From Candidatus Sericytochromatia bacterium (GTDB taxonomy: Bacteria > Cyanobacteriota > Sericytochromatia > S15B-MN24 > UBA4093), in NCBI GenBank assembly GCA_036676495.1, contig JAKFCT010000014.1:64001-128000 (forward strand): DNA of 64,000 nt. The letters run 5' to 3'. The notes beneath the pieces were generated by a model, which saw nothing but the letters and a program-made list of their open reading frames with translations, ran no database searches and was not told where the DNA came from. Both the position numbers and the translations under genes were made by a program. Shown piece by piece: positions 37,724 through 47,252 of this stretch; within the stretch, counting starts at the first letter, position 1; each line of letters begins with the position of its first letter.

Positions 37724-38686
37724 TCAGCCCAGCTCGCTGCGCAGCGCCGCCTCGAGCTCCGGATGGAGGAAGTCGAACCCGCTATCCAGGAGTTTACGAG
37801 GCAACACCCGGGCGCCTTCGAGCAACAAGGCCTCTCCGAGCTCGCCCAGTAGCAGCCGAACCCCTGCTTCGGGCAAGGGAAAGAGCGTCGGGCGGCCGAG
37901 CACCCGGCCCAAGGCGCGGGTGAACTCGGCATTCGTGACGGGGTTTGGAGCCGTGACGTTGACCGCTCCCTCCAGCGCCTCGGTGAAGATCGCATGCTGG
38001 TAGGCCCCGATGAGATCGGCGAGTCCGATCCAGCTCATCCACTGACGCCCGCTGCCGATAACTCCCCCCACGCCCAGCTTGAAGGGGATCAGCATTTGCG
38101 CGAGCGCTCCCCCGCGAGGGGAGAGGACGATGCCGGTGCGCATGTGAACGACGCGGACTCCCGCCTGACGGGCAGGCTCTGTGGCCGCCTCCCAGTCGCG
38201 GCAAACGTCGGCGAGAAATCCCGAGCCGGGGGCACTTTCCTCCGTGAGGATCTCGTCCCCGCGATCGCCGTAGTACCCGATCCCCGACGCCGAAACCAGG
38301 ACCCGAGGGGGCTGACGCAACCTGGCGAGTGATTCGGCAATGAGCCGGGTTCCCTTCACCCGGCTTTCCAGAATCGCCGCCTTGCGCTCAGGGGTCCAGC
38401 GCCCCCCGGCGATGCTCTCGCCCGCGAGGTGCACGACCACATCCACTCCCTCCAGGCGCTCGAGTTCGATCTCCGAACTCCTCGGATTCCAGTAGATCTC
38501 ATGGGCCTGTGGCGATCGCCGGACCAGCGGCAGAATCTCATGACCCCCGCTCGCAAGGAAGTCGGAAAGCTCCGCCCCGATGAACCCCGAGGCCCCAGTG
38601 ATGGCGATCCGCTGCCGCCCCACGGAGGCGACGCGCTCATGCCGGGAGTCGGCCTCACGGCTCCGAGACGGTCGATTTCGAAACAT
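37724..38686 (-). CDS. TIGR01777 family NAD-dependent epimerase/oxidoreductase
   Basis: ITGASGFIG, HLAGESI..RW, SASGIGYYG, GSGRQWMSWI, APNPVTN. Confidence 0.92.
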   Translation of the reverse strand: MFRNRPSRSREADSRHERVASVGRQRIAITGASGFIGAELSDFLASGGHEILPLVRRSPQAHEIYWNPRSSEIELERLEGVDVVVHLAGESIAGGRWTPERKAAILESRVKGTRLIAESLARLRQPPRVLVSASGIGYYGDRGDEILTEESAPGSGFLADVCRDWEAATEPARQAGVRVVHMRTGIVLSPRGGALAQMLIPFKLGVGGVIGSGRQWMSWIGLADLIGAYQHAIFTEALEGAVNVTAPNPVTNAEFTRALGRVLGRPTLFPLPEAGVRLLLGELGEALLLEGARVLPRKLLDSGFDFLHPELEAALRSELG

Positions 38687-38739
38687 GGCAATCCTCCTGC
38701 GGGGACTCAACGGCGCACGGTCATGCGATCGGAACGACC

Positions 38740-39063
38740 CTAATGATAATGGAGCGCGAGCCAAACCGTCGGCTGCTTCGCGTCCGTCCATTCCACCCGG
38801 TGGCGGCAACGCGAGGGGATCCAGACATAATCTCCCGGCGCGAGCACCTGCTCATCGTCCTCCCCCTCGAAGCGAAGCGCCGCCCGTCCCGATAGTAGCA
38901 GGACCCATTCACTCCGTTCCTGCTGCAGCCACTCCCCGGGGGGCGTCGCTTGGCCCGTCGAGACGATGCGCTCCAGCGTCATCCCGTCGTGCTCCAGCAG
39001 CGGCTCGAAGACCTCTGAGTCACGATCGGTCGGCAATTCCACGAAAAGGTTTCGAGCGTTCAA
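38740..39063 (-). CDS. Cupin domain protein
   Basis: TTG start overlapping the tetR stop; ERIVSTGQATP, EWVLLLSG, HRVEWT, WLALHY. Confidence 0.85.
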   Translation of the reverse strand: MNARNLFVELPTDRDSEVFEPLLEHDGMTLERIVSTGQATPPGEWLQQERSEWVLLLSGRAALRFEGEDDEQVLAPGDYVWIPSRCRHRVEWTDAKQPTVWLALHYH

Positions 39064-39671
39064 TGACCTTCCTCCCGAGCGTACGGAGCCATGCCCTGCA
39101 GGCGCCATGTCCATCCTGCGGCTTCTTCGGCCGTGAAGTACTGCGTATGGTCCAGCCACCAGACCATCGCTCCCAACAGGCCGCTCGCCAAGAGGCGAGC
39201 CGTCAGGGTTGGCGGCACCCCCGGCGTGTTGCGTGTGAGGGGCACCGTCGCGGGAAGCCGCGTCACATAGGTGCCGATCATCTGCTCCAGGTACGCGATC
39301 ATCTGCTCCCGGAAGAACGCGCTTCCCCCCGAGCCCAAGACCCTTCGGAAAAAGTCGCCTTCCTGTTCGACGCGGATGAAGAGGGCGACCAGGAAGGAGG
39401 GCGGCAACGCCGTGCGGAAATCCGGAATCTCGGACACGAATTGGGCCGCTTCGACGCTCATGAGGGCGACCAGGTCCTCCACGATGCTCGCCAGCATCGC
39501 CTCCTTATCCCGGAAATGCTGATAGAAGGTTGCTCGGTTCACTCCGGCCTGGGCCGTCAAGTCCGAGATCGTGACGGCTTCATAAGCGCGCTCTTGCATG
39601 AGCATCTTCATAGCGTTCTGTAGGGCGAGACGGGTCCGACGGACCCGTGGATCGGCTAGCTTCTTCGACAT
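39060..39671 (-). CDS. TetR/AcrR family regulator divergent from the pch-like operon
   Basis: DPRVRRTR, VTISDLTAQAGVNRATFYQHFRDK. Confidence 0.92.
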   Translation of the reverse strand: MSKKLADPRVRRTRLALQNAMKMLMQERAYEAVTISDLTAQAGVNRATFYQHFRDKEAMLASIVEDLVALMSVEAAQFVSEIPDFRTALPPSFLVALFIRVEQEGDFFRRVLGSGGSAFFREQMIAYLEQMIGTYVTRLPATVPLTRNTPGVPPTLTARLLASGLLGAMVWWLDHTQYFTAEEAAGWTWRLQGMAPYAREEGH

Positions 39672-39754
39672 AATCAACACATCCGTAGTTTACCGCAACC
39701 AATATTAAACCCATTATACGCTGCGGTTTTCTACGGATCGAGGCATGATTAAAA

Positions 39755-39767
39755 CAACAGATTGTTG
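39755..39767. promoter_or_regulatory. Candidate TetR operator
   Basis: CAACA-gat-TGTTG palindrome in the AT-rich divergent promoter region. Confidence 0.45.
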
Positions 39768-39856
39768 GTTTACTATCCCCGCCACGGGTGGCGACTTTAC
39801 CCCGGGGGGAAAGCTCTTTACCGCGTTCTCCTCATGACGATGGAAAGGAAGCGTGA

Positions 39857-40297
39857 ATGATCGCTCCGAACTGGAAGACCAAGGCCGCGCTGGGCATGCT
39901 CTTACTGGGCGTCCTGGGAGGCGCCGGCTGCAGTTCCGACTCGACGGAGTCGAAGGCCCCGGAGATACCCGCCGGCATCATCCACCACGATGCGCCCCCC
40001 GCGGCCGAAATCGAGGGCGAGAGAATCAAGCAAAAGCAGGCCTTGGGCGCCGGTCAGTACGAAAGCCCCAAGCAGATGTATCAGACCACGTGCGCCCAGT
40101 GCCATGACACCGGCGTGGGCCCCGTCCTCTTCGGCCGTTCGCTGGACGCGAACTACATCGCCTTCACGATGCGCCACGGACGGAACGGCATGCCCGCCTT
40201 CATGCCTAGCGATTACTCGGATTCCGATGTCCAGCAACTGGCCACGTGGATCGGTAAGCAGCCCAAGCCCGAACTGGCCGAAGGAGGTGCCCAGTGA
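39857..40297 (+). CDS. pchC: Cytochrome c subunit (PchC-like), lipoprotein
   Basis: Lipobox GAGC, CAQCH, GVGPVL.GR, RHGRNGMPAF. Confidence 0.75.
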   Translation: MIAPNWKTKAALGMLLLGVLGGAGCSSDSTESKAPEIPAGIIHHDAPPAAEIEGERIKQKQALGAGQYESPKQMYQTTCAQCHDTGVGPVLFGRSLDANYIAFTMRHGRNGMPAFMPSDYSDSDVQQLATWIGKQPKPELAEGGAQ

Positions 40298-41019
40298 ACT
40301 TCAACCGTCGTGAGTTTATCGCCGCATCGGCGGTTCTCGGCGCCGCGGCAGCCTTGGCTCCCAAACTGACGGGACCTTCCTCATGGTTTGGTGACGCCAA
40401 GTCTGCCGACCAATCCGTATCCGGCCTTCAGATCCTGCGCTCCGCCCAGGCGGAACCCGAAACGTTTGAAAAAGGGGTTCTCAGGTCGCTGGAGGCGGCA
40501 GGGATGGCCACCTCCAAGATTGCCACCCGCACGCTTTCCGGCAAGATGGGCTGGCAGGAATGGCAGTCCCTCACCGCCATGGCCCCGGGAACGGTGCTCG
40601 TCGGGATGGTCTCGGAGGCGGAATTCATCCTCGTCAACGAGCTCTTCCGCGAAACGAGCGCCCGCGTCCTGAGCCAAGGCAACCACCAGACCGGAATAGC
40701 GGCTCATACCCGCCATGCGTTCAAGACGACCGATGCCAGCGCGGGACTGGGAGGCGTCTTCGCCCAGTGGCTGAAGCAAGCGCACCAGCATGCGTTCATT
40801 CAGGAAATCTCGACCCGGAAGGCGACGCTGTCTCTGCCGCGCTCTGGAAAGACCGACGCGCAGACGGGCGACTGGTCCGAACTACTTGGGCGCGCCCTGG
40901 GACAAGTCGCCCTCGGCCGCTGGGAGCCCGGCAGGATCGAGAGCCGTATCACGGTGGGCGCCGGTGATGCCTTCACCACGCCCAAGGCCGGATTCGTTTC
41001 GTTCGTCGCCTCGGTTTAG
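40294..41019 (+). CDS. Tat-signal accessory protein (PchX-like)
   Basis: NRREFI twin-arginine motif plus hydrophobic helix; sits between the cytochrome and the flavoprotein; C-terminal FVSFV. Confidence 0.6.
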   Translation: MNFNRREFIAASAVLGAAAALAPKLTGPSSWFGDAKSADQSVSGLQILRSAQAEPETFEKGVLRSLEAAGMATSKIATRTLSGKMGWQEWQSLTAMAPGTVLVGMVSEAEFILVNELFRETSARVLSQGNHQTGIAAHTRHAFKTTDASAGLGGVFAQWLKQAHQHAFIQEISTRKATLSLPRSGKTDAQTGDWSELLGRALGQVALGRWEPGRIESRITVGAGDAFTTPKAGFVSFVASV

Positions 41020-41070
41020 CGCCGTCGCTTTCGGGTTCGCTTCCGGCGGACTCGCTTGAAAGGACACCCC

Positions 41071-42609
41071 ATGGAACTCAAACCCACCTTACCCAAGGGC
41101 GTCTCCAAGGCGCTTTTCACCCGGGCTGTTGGCGAGTATCGCGCCCTGCTGGGCGACGCGAACGTGATCGTCGACGTCGAGCGACTCGCGCCCTACACCA
41201 AGATCATGCTGGCGGTGCCCGAGGCCCGTCACCAGCCTTCGGGCGCCTTGATCGTATCGAGCGTCGACCAGGTGCAGAAGGTGCTCGCCATCTGCAACAA
41301 GTACAAGATACCCGTCTGGCCTATCTCGACGGGCCGCAACTTCGGCTACGGTTCGGCCGCCCCCGCGACGGCCGGGCAACTCGTGCTGGACATGCGTAAG
41401 ATGAACAAGATCATCGAGGTCGACCCCGAGCTGGGAACGGCCTTGGTCGAGCCGGGCGTCACCTACGTGCAGCTTCAGGAGTACCTCAACGCCAATAACC
41501 TCCCCTATTGGACAAGCTTTCCCTCGTCGGGCGGTATCGCGGGCCCGATGGGCAACATCCTCGAACGCGGCGCCGGCTACAACCGCACGGGTGAGCATGC
41601 CGCCAACTTCTGCGGCATGGAGGTCGTGCTGGCCGACGGAACGCTGGTGCGCACCGGCATGGGCGGCGTTTCAAACACCACGGCTTGGCAGGCCTACCGC
41701 TGGGGGCTCGGCCCCTGGGTAGATGGCATCTTCCTGCAATCCAACTACGGCGTCGTGACCAAGATCGGCGTCTGGCTGATGAAGAAGCCCCCCGCTCACC
41801 TGTTCTTCGTCGTCGCGTACCCCGACATGGAGACCATGGGCCGCGGGGTCGACGTGATGCGCGACCTGCGCCTCAGCAACATCCTCGAGACGGGTATCGT
41901 CGGCACGACGTCCTACGTCCTCGCCGCCACCCTCAAGCGTTCCGCCATCTACCGGGGCGAAGGCTCGATTCCCGAGGACGTCTACGCCGAGTTCCTCAAA
42001 TCCCAGCAGCTTCCCCCATACGCGGGCCTGAGCGTACTCTACGGCACCGAGGAGCGAATCGCGGCCGACTTCAAGGTCGTCAAGGCAGCCTTCGAGAAAG
42101 TCGGCGGCACGGTCATCAATGAAGGGCCGCTGCTGGATGCCCCCGGAGTCTCCCACTGGCACCAGAACATGGTCGGCAACCCCAGCCTCGAGGAGTTCGG
42201 CATTTACAACTTCCGCGGGGGCGGCGGTTCGATGTGGTTCGCCCCGGTCGTCCCAGCCCGCGGCCACGAGGTCGTCAAGGTCCTGTCGCTGATCGACGGG
42301 ATCTTCCGAAAGTACGGCTTCGACGTCGCCGGAGGCCTCCTGGTGTACGGCCGCCACCTCGATATGGTCGTGGACCTGCTCTTCGATCGCTCGAATCCCG
42401 AGGAGATGAAGCGCGCCTACGATTGCTTCAACGAATGCCTCGAGGCCTGCACCCGCGAGGGCTACGGCCTGTACCGCGTCAACACCGCGTTCATGGACAA
42501 GGCCAAGAAGGCCTTCGGGCCGGCCCAGCAAGACCTTCACATGCGCCTGAAGAAGGCGCTCGACCCCAACGGAGTCATCGCGCCGGGCAAGTCCGGCATC
42601 ACCGTGTAA
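41071..42609 (+). CDS. pchF: p-cresol/alkylphenol methylhydroxylase flavoprotein (VAO/PCMH family)
   Basis: STGRNFGYGSA, VEPGVTY, CGMEVVL, QSNYGVVTK, FGIYNFRGGGGSMWFAPV (flavinylated Tyr), LDPNGVIAPGKSGI. Confidence 0.85.
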   Translation: MELKPTLPKGVSKALFTRAVGEYRALLGDANVIVDVERLAPYTKIMLAVPEARHQPSGALIVSSVDQVQKVLAICNKYKIPVWPISTGRNFGYGSAAPATAGQLVLDMRKMNKIIEVDPELGTALVEPGVTYVQLQEYLNANNLPYWTSFPSSGGIAGPMGNILERGAGYNRTGEHAANFCGMEVVLADGTLVRTGMGGVSNTTAWQAYRWGLGPWVDGIFLQSNYGVVTKIGVWLMKKPPAHLFFVVAYPDMETMGRGVDVMRDLRLSNILETGIVGTTSYVLAATLKRSAIYRGEGSIPEDVYAEFLKSQQLPPYAGLSVLYGTEERIAADFKVVKAAFEKVGGTVINEGPLLDAPGVSHWHQNMVGNPSLEEFGIYNFRGGGGSMWFAPVVPARGHEVVKVLSLIDGIFRKYGFDVAGGLLVYGRHLDMVVDLLFDRSNPEEMKRAYDCFNECLEACTREGYGLYRVNTAFMDKAKKAFGPAQQDLHMRLKKALDPNGVIAPGKSGITV

Positions 42610-42622
42610 AGGAGTGTCACCC

Positions 42623-43405
42623 ATGCAGAAGGACCTCAACTTCGAGGAGAAGGTTGTCCTCATCACCGGAGCCGCCACGGGAATCGGCCGCGCCACCGCC
42701 CTGGCTTTCGCCGAGCGCGGAGGCACCCTCGTCATCGGCGATATGAACGAGGCCGGAGCCCAGGAGACCGTCGAGCTTGCCAAGCAGAAGGGCGCAATGG
42801 CCACCTTTCTGAAGACCGACGTGAGCGATTACGCTGACGTCGCCAAGCTGGTCGAGATGGCCGTCAGCACGTATGGTCGCTTGGATTGCGCCTTCAACAA
42901 CGCCGGCATCGCCGCTCCGGCCGCCTTGCTTCACGAGATGGACGAGGCCAGCTTCGATCGGGTCATCGCCGTGGACCTCAAAGGCGTCTACAACTGCCTT
43001 CACCACGAGCTCAAGCACATGGTGAAGGCCGGAAAGGGCGCCATCGTGAACACGGCCTCCGTCGCCGGCCTGATCCCCGAGCCGGGCCTGGCCAACTACG
43101 TCGCGGCCAAGCACGGTGTCATCGGCCTGACCAAGACGGCGGGGCTGGACTACGCCTCCCGCGGCATCCGGGTCAACGCCGTTGCCCCCGGTTGGGTGGA
43201 GACCCCCATGACCCGCGGCATGGAAGACATCCCTGGCTTCTGGGATCACCTCACCCAGGGGGCCCCCATCCACCGCCCGGCGCAGCCCGAGGAGATCGCC
43301 GGCACCGTGCTCTTCCTCTGCTCGGAAGCATCGTCGTACACCACCGGCCAGACCTTCGTGATCGACGGCGGCCAGACCGTCAAGGGTCTCTTCCCCTACA
43401 TGTAG
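42623..43405 (+). CDS. Classical SDR dehydrogenase
   Basis: TGAATGIG, NNAG, S..YVAAK, APGWVETP. Confidence 0.92.
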   Translation: MQKDLNFEEKVVLITGAATGIGRATALAFAERGGTLVIGDMNEAGAQETVELAKQKGAMATFLKTDVSDYADVAKLVEMAVSTYGRLDCAFNNAGIAAPAALLHEMDEASFDRVIAVDLKGVYNCLHHELKHMVKAGKGAIVNTASVAGLIPEPGLANYVAAKHGVIGLTKTAGLDYASRGIRVNAVAPGWVETPMTRGMEDIPGFWDHLTQGAPIHRPAQPEEIAGTVLFLCSEASSYTTGQTFVIDGGQTVKGLFPYM

Positions 43406-43432
43406 GCAGCCTCAGCGAGGCAGCACTCGTGA

Positions 43433-43467
43433 GACGTCCCGCCGGCTCTAAGAGCCGGCGGGACGTC
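43433..43467. terminator. Bidirectional hairpin terminator
   Basis: gacgtcccgccggctct-a-agagccggcgggacgtc between convergent operons. Confidence 0.75.
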
Positions 43468-43485
43468 GCGATACCCGGACTGCGC

Positions 43486-44955
43486 CTAGAACCAGCGGCT
43501 CATCACGACCTTGCGGTCGGTGTAGAACTCGATGCCATGCTTGCCATGGGCCTTGAGGTCCCCGAACATCGAGCCCTTGGCTCCCCCGAAGTTGAAGTAG
43601 CTCATCGGGGCGGCCACGCCGACGTTGATGCCGATCATGCTCGGCTCGGCCCGGTAGGCGAACTCCCGCGCCGTCTTCCCGCTCGCGGTGAAGATGGAGG
43701 TGGTGTTGCCGAAGGGATGAGCCTCGAGGATCGCCAGGGCATCCTCGAGCGACTCGGCGCGGAGCCAGGCCATGACCGGACCGAAGACTTCCTCGCGGGC
43801 GATCGTCATGTCGGGCTTGACCTTGTCGAAGAGGGTGGGCCCCAGGAAGTAGCCCTTGTTCTGACCATGGGACTTGCGGCCGTCGATCAGGAGCTCGGCA
43901 CCCTCGTCGATGCCCCGCTGGATGAGGCCGAGGATGCGGTCCTTAGAGGCTTGCGAGATCACGGGGCCCAGCTCGGTGCCCGTGTCCATGCCGTTGCCGA
44001 CCTTGATCCGCTTGATGCGCTCGAGCAAGGGAGCCTTGAACTTCTCGTAGGCCGCGCCCACGAAGATCAGGGTGGATCCCGCCAGGCAGCGCTGTCCCGC
44101 GCAGCCGAAGCAGGACTCGACCAGCGCGTCCACGCTCTTGGCCACGTCGGCATCCGGCATCACCACCACGAAGTTCTTGGCGCCGCCCAGGGCCTGCACG
44201 CGCTTGCCGTGCTTGGCGGCAGTCTCGTAGACGAACTGGGCCACGGGGCTGGACCCCACGAAGGAGACGCCCTGGATCAGCGGGTGCTCGCACATGCCCT
44301 TGACGATCTCCTTGCCGCCGTTGACGAGGTTGACCACGCCCGGCGGCAGTCCTGCCTCATCCAGCAGCTCGAAGATCCGCTGCATGGAAAGCGGCACTTG
44401 CTCGGAAGGCTTCAGGACGAGCGTATTGCCGGTGGCGATGCAATGGGGAAGGAACCAGAGCGGCACCATCGGGGGGAAGTTGAACGGGGCGATGACCGCG
44501 AAGACGCCCAGGGGACGGCGGTAGGCCACGCAGTCGATCCCCTTGCCGACGTCCTCCAGCGATTCCCCCTGCATCAACGAGGGGATGCCGCACGCCACGT
44601 CCACAGAGTCGATGCCGCGCCGCAGGTCGCCGCGCGCCTCGGCCAGCGTCTTGCCGTGCTCGAGCGTGCAGATCTGGGCAATCTCCTCGAAGTTCTGCTC
44701 GAGCAGCATCTTGAACTTGAAGAGGTACTTGGCGCGCTCCGCCGGGGGCACCTGCCGCCAGCCGTAGAAGGCCTTCTGAGCGGCGCTGACGGCATCGTCG
44801 AGGTCGAGCATGGTCGACATCGGGATCCGGGCGAGGACCTCCTCGGTGGCCGGATTGACGACGTCGAGCAGTTCACTGGCCTTGGGCGCCGTCCACTTGC
44901 CGTTGAGGAAGTTGGAAAGCGTCTTGATCTGGGTTCCTTTGGACAACGTGGTCAC
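43486..44955 (-). CDS. mmsA: CoA-acylating (methyl)malonate-semialdehyde dehydrogenase
   Basis: PFNFPPMVPLW, KPSE, FVGS, QALGGAKN, GCAGQRCLA, EEVFGP. Confidence 0.92.
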   Translation of the reverse strand: MTTLSKGTQIKTLSNFLNGKWTAPKASELLDVVNPATEEVLARIPMSTMLDLDDAVSAAQKAFYGWRQVPPAERAKYLFKFKMLLEQNFEEIAQICTLEHGKTLAEARGDLRRGIDSVDVACGIPSLMQGESLEDVGKGIDCVAYRRPLGVFAVIAPFNFPPMVPLWFLPHCIATGNTLVLKPSEQVPLSMQRIFELLDEAGLPPGVVNLVNGGKEIVKGMCEHPLIQGVSFVGSSPVAQFVYETAAKHGKRVQALGGAKNFVVVMPDADVAKSVDALVESCFGCAGQRCLAGSTLIFVGAAYEKFKAPLLERIKRIKVGNGMDTGTELGPVISQASKDRILGLIQRGIDEGAELLIDGRKSHGQNKGYFLGPTLFDKVKPDMTIAREEVFGPVMAWLRAESLEDALAILEAHPFGNTTSIFTASGKTAREFAYRAEPSMIGINVGVAAPMSYFNFGGAKGSMFGDLKAHGKHGIEFYTDRKVVMSRWF

Positions 44956-44983
44956 GGTTTGAACCTCCTATCGAATCGACGGC

Positions 44984-46300
44984 CTACTTCACCCGCGTGA
45001 AAGCCGCGTCCAGCGCACTGATGGCTTCATCGACCTCGTTCATGGAAATCGTCATCGGCGGGGTCATGCGGATCACGTTGCCGTAGAGTCCCCCCTTGCC
45101 GATGACCAGGCCGTTCTCGCGAGCGGCTTCGACCACCCGCTGCAGCTCCTGCTTGGCCGGCTCCTTGGTCTTGCGATCCTTGACCAGCTCGAGGGCCTGC
45201 ATCAGCCCCTTGCCCCGCACGTCCCCGATGAGCGTGTGCTTCGAGGCGAGTTCTTCGAGGCGCATGCGGAAGTACCCTCCGACGCGCGTCGCGTTGCCGG
45301 GGAGGTCGCGGCTCTCCATGGCGTCGAGGGTCGCGAGAGCGGCCGTCGAGGAGACGGGATTGCCCCCGAACGTGTTGAGATGCACCTTGCCGTTGAGGGC
45401 CGTCGCCACCTCTTCGTTGGTGATGACCCAGCCGATGGGAAGGCCGTTGGCCATGCCCTTGGCGCCGGTCATGAGATCGGGCTCGACGTCATACTGCTCG
45501 ATCCCGAACCACTTGCCTCCCGTCCGGCCGAAGCCGGTCTGGACCTCGTCCGAGATGAAGAGGCCGCCGTATTTGCGGGCGATCGCCACCGCCTCCTTGA
45601 AGTAGTCCTGCGGAGGCGTGATGAACCCGCCCACTCCCTGGATCGGCTCGGCGATGAAGGCCGCGATTTCCCCGGAGGTGGTCGTCTGGATGACCTCCTC
45701 GATGTCCTTGGCGCATTCCATGCCGCAGCTCGATGGGGTCTTGCCGAAGGGGCAGCGGTAGCAGTAGGCGTTCCGGGCATGGACGACCGGGAAGGCGTTG
45801 GGTTCGCCAATCCGCCACGGCGCATGCGCGGTCAGGGTCTGCACCCCGGCGGTGCCGCCCGAGTAGCAATGCCTCAAGGCCACCACCGTCTTGCGGCCGG
45901 TATGCGCCTGGGCCAGCTGGATGGCCTTCTCGTCGGCTTCCGAGCCCGAGTTGGTGAAGAAGCTCCGCTTGAGGCGGCCCGGGGTGATGCTCGCGAGCCG
46001 CTCCGCCAGCCGCGCCTGGGCCTCGATGGGGAAGAGCGTGCTCGTATGCTGAAGCGTGCGCATCTGGGCGATCGTCCGCTCGGTGATCTCCTCGTCGCAG
46101 TGTCCCACCGAGACGGTCACGATGCCGCCGAAGAAATCCAGGTACTCGCGGCCCTCGGCATCCTTGAGGCGGAAGCCCTTGCCCGAGACGAAGGGAAGCG
46201 GATCCTGATAATGCGAGCCCACGGACGGGAGCAGGTATTCCCGGTGCTTGGCGACGATCTCCTCGCGGGAGAGGTGGGTTTGGGTTTTTTCGATGGCCAT
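44984..46300 (-). CDS. Class III aminotransferase (beta-alanine/AGXT2-like)
   Basis: YLDFFGGI, NSGSEA, EPIQGVGG, DEVQTGFGRTG, AKGMANG, NTFGGNP. Confidence 0.88.
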   Translation of the reverse strand: MAIEKTQTHLSREEIVAKHREYLLPSVGSHYQDPLPFVSGKGFRLKDAEGREYLDFFGGIVTVSVGHCDEEITERTIAQMRTLQHTSTLFPIEAQARLAERLASITPGRLKRSFFTNSGSEADEKAIQLAQAHTGRKTVVALRHCYSGGTAGVQTLTAHAPWRIGEPNAFPVVHARNAYCYRCPFGKTPSSCGMECAKDIEEVIQTTTSGEIAAFIAEPIQGVGGFITPPQDYFKEAVAIARKYGGLFISDEVQTGFGRTGGKWFGIEQYDVEPDLMTGAKGMANGLPIGWVITNEEVATALNGKVHLNTFGGNPVSSTAALATLDAMESRDLPGNATRVGGYFRMRLEELASKHTLIGDVRGKGLMQALELVKDRKTKEPAKQELQRVVEAARENGLVIGKGGLYGNVIRMTPPMTISMNEVDEAISALDAAFTRVK

Positions 46301-46309
46301 GCTTCCCTC

Positions 46310-47179
46310 CTAGATCCGGACCATGTCGCCGTAGGTTTCCGGGCGGCGATCGCGGATGAACTGCCAGGTGTTCCGGACGTCCCGGATCAGGTCGAGGTCG
46401 AGGTCGGCCACGACCACCTCGTCCTTGTCGCGGCTGGCGATCGCCATGAACTCGCCCTTCGGGTTGACGAAGTAGCTCTGGCCGTAAAACTCGCCGATGT
46501 TCCAGGGCGCTTCGGTGCCGACCCGGTTGATGGCTCCGACGTAGACCTGGTTGGCCACGGCGTGCGCGGGCTGCTCCAGCTTCCAGAGGTACTCCGACAA
46601 GCCGGCGACGGTGGCGGACGGGTTGAAGATGATTTCCGCGCCGTTCATCGCCAAGAGGCGCGCGCCCTCGGGGAAGTGACGGTCGTAGCAGATGTAGACG
46701 CCGATGGTGCCATAGGCGGTTTTGAAGGTGGGATAGCCGAGGTTGCCGGGTTTGAAGTAGAACTTCTCCCAGAAGCCCGGAGCGCAGTGGGGGATGTGGT
46801 TCTTGCGGTACTTGCCCAGGTACTTGCCGTCGGCATCGATGACGGCGGCCGTGTTGTAGTAGACCCCGGGGAGGTCTTCCTCGTAGACGGGGACCACGAT
46901 CACCATGCGGTGCTTCTTGGCCAGTTCCTGCATCAGGACGATGGTCGGGCCTCCGGGAACGGGCTCCGCCGAGTCGTACCACTTGACGGTCTGCTCGGCG
47001 CAGAAGTAGGGCCCGTAGAAGATTTCCTGGAGGCAGAGGATCTGCACTCCCTTCGCAGCGGCCTCTTCGATCAGCTTCACGTGCTTGTCGATCATGGCCT
47101 TCTTGATCTCGGCCACCGGTTTCTCGGGATGCTTGGGATTGCTCGCCTGGATGAGACCGCAACGAACGATTCTGGCCAT
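46310..47179 (-). CDS. Beta-ureidopropionase (nitrilase family)
   Basis: CLQEIF, YRKNHIP, FWEKFYF, ICYDRHFPE giving the E-K-C triad. Confidence 0.9.
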   Translation of the reverse strand: MARIVRCGLIQASNPKHPEKPVAEIKKAMIDKHVKLIEEAAAKGVQILCLQEIFYGPYFCAEQTVKWYDSAEPVPGGPTIVLMQELAKKHRMVIVVPVYEEDLPGVYYNTAAVIDADGKYLGKYRKNHIPHCAPGFWEKFYFKPGNLGYPTFKTAYGTIGVYICYDRHFPEGARLLAMNGAEIIFNPSATVAGLSEYLWKLEQPAHAVANQVYVGAINRVGTEAPWNIGEFYGQSYFVNPKGEFMAIASRDKDEVVVADLDLDLIRDVRNTWQFIRDRRPETYGDMVRI

Positions 47180-47252
47180 GTCAGCAATTCTCCATTCAGC
47201 GTGGGAAGGGAAGCGGGGGAAGCGGGGGAAACGCGAAAACTCCAGCCCGTGA

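Noticed and set aside
30662-39000. Prophage, ICE or genomic island with att sites at tRNA-Arg
   Set aside because: No integrase, transposase or phage gene, and no duplicated tRNA 3' end was found in the window.
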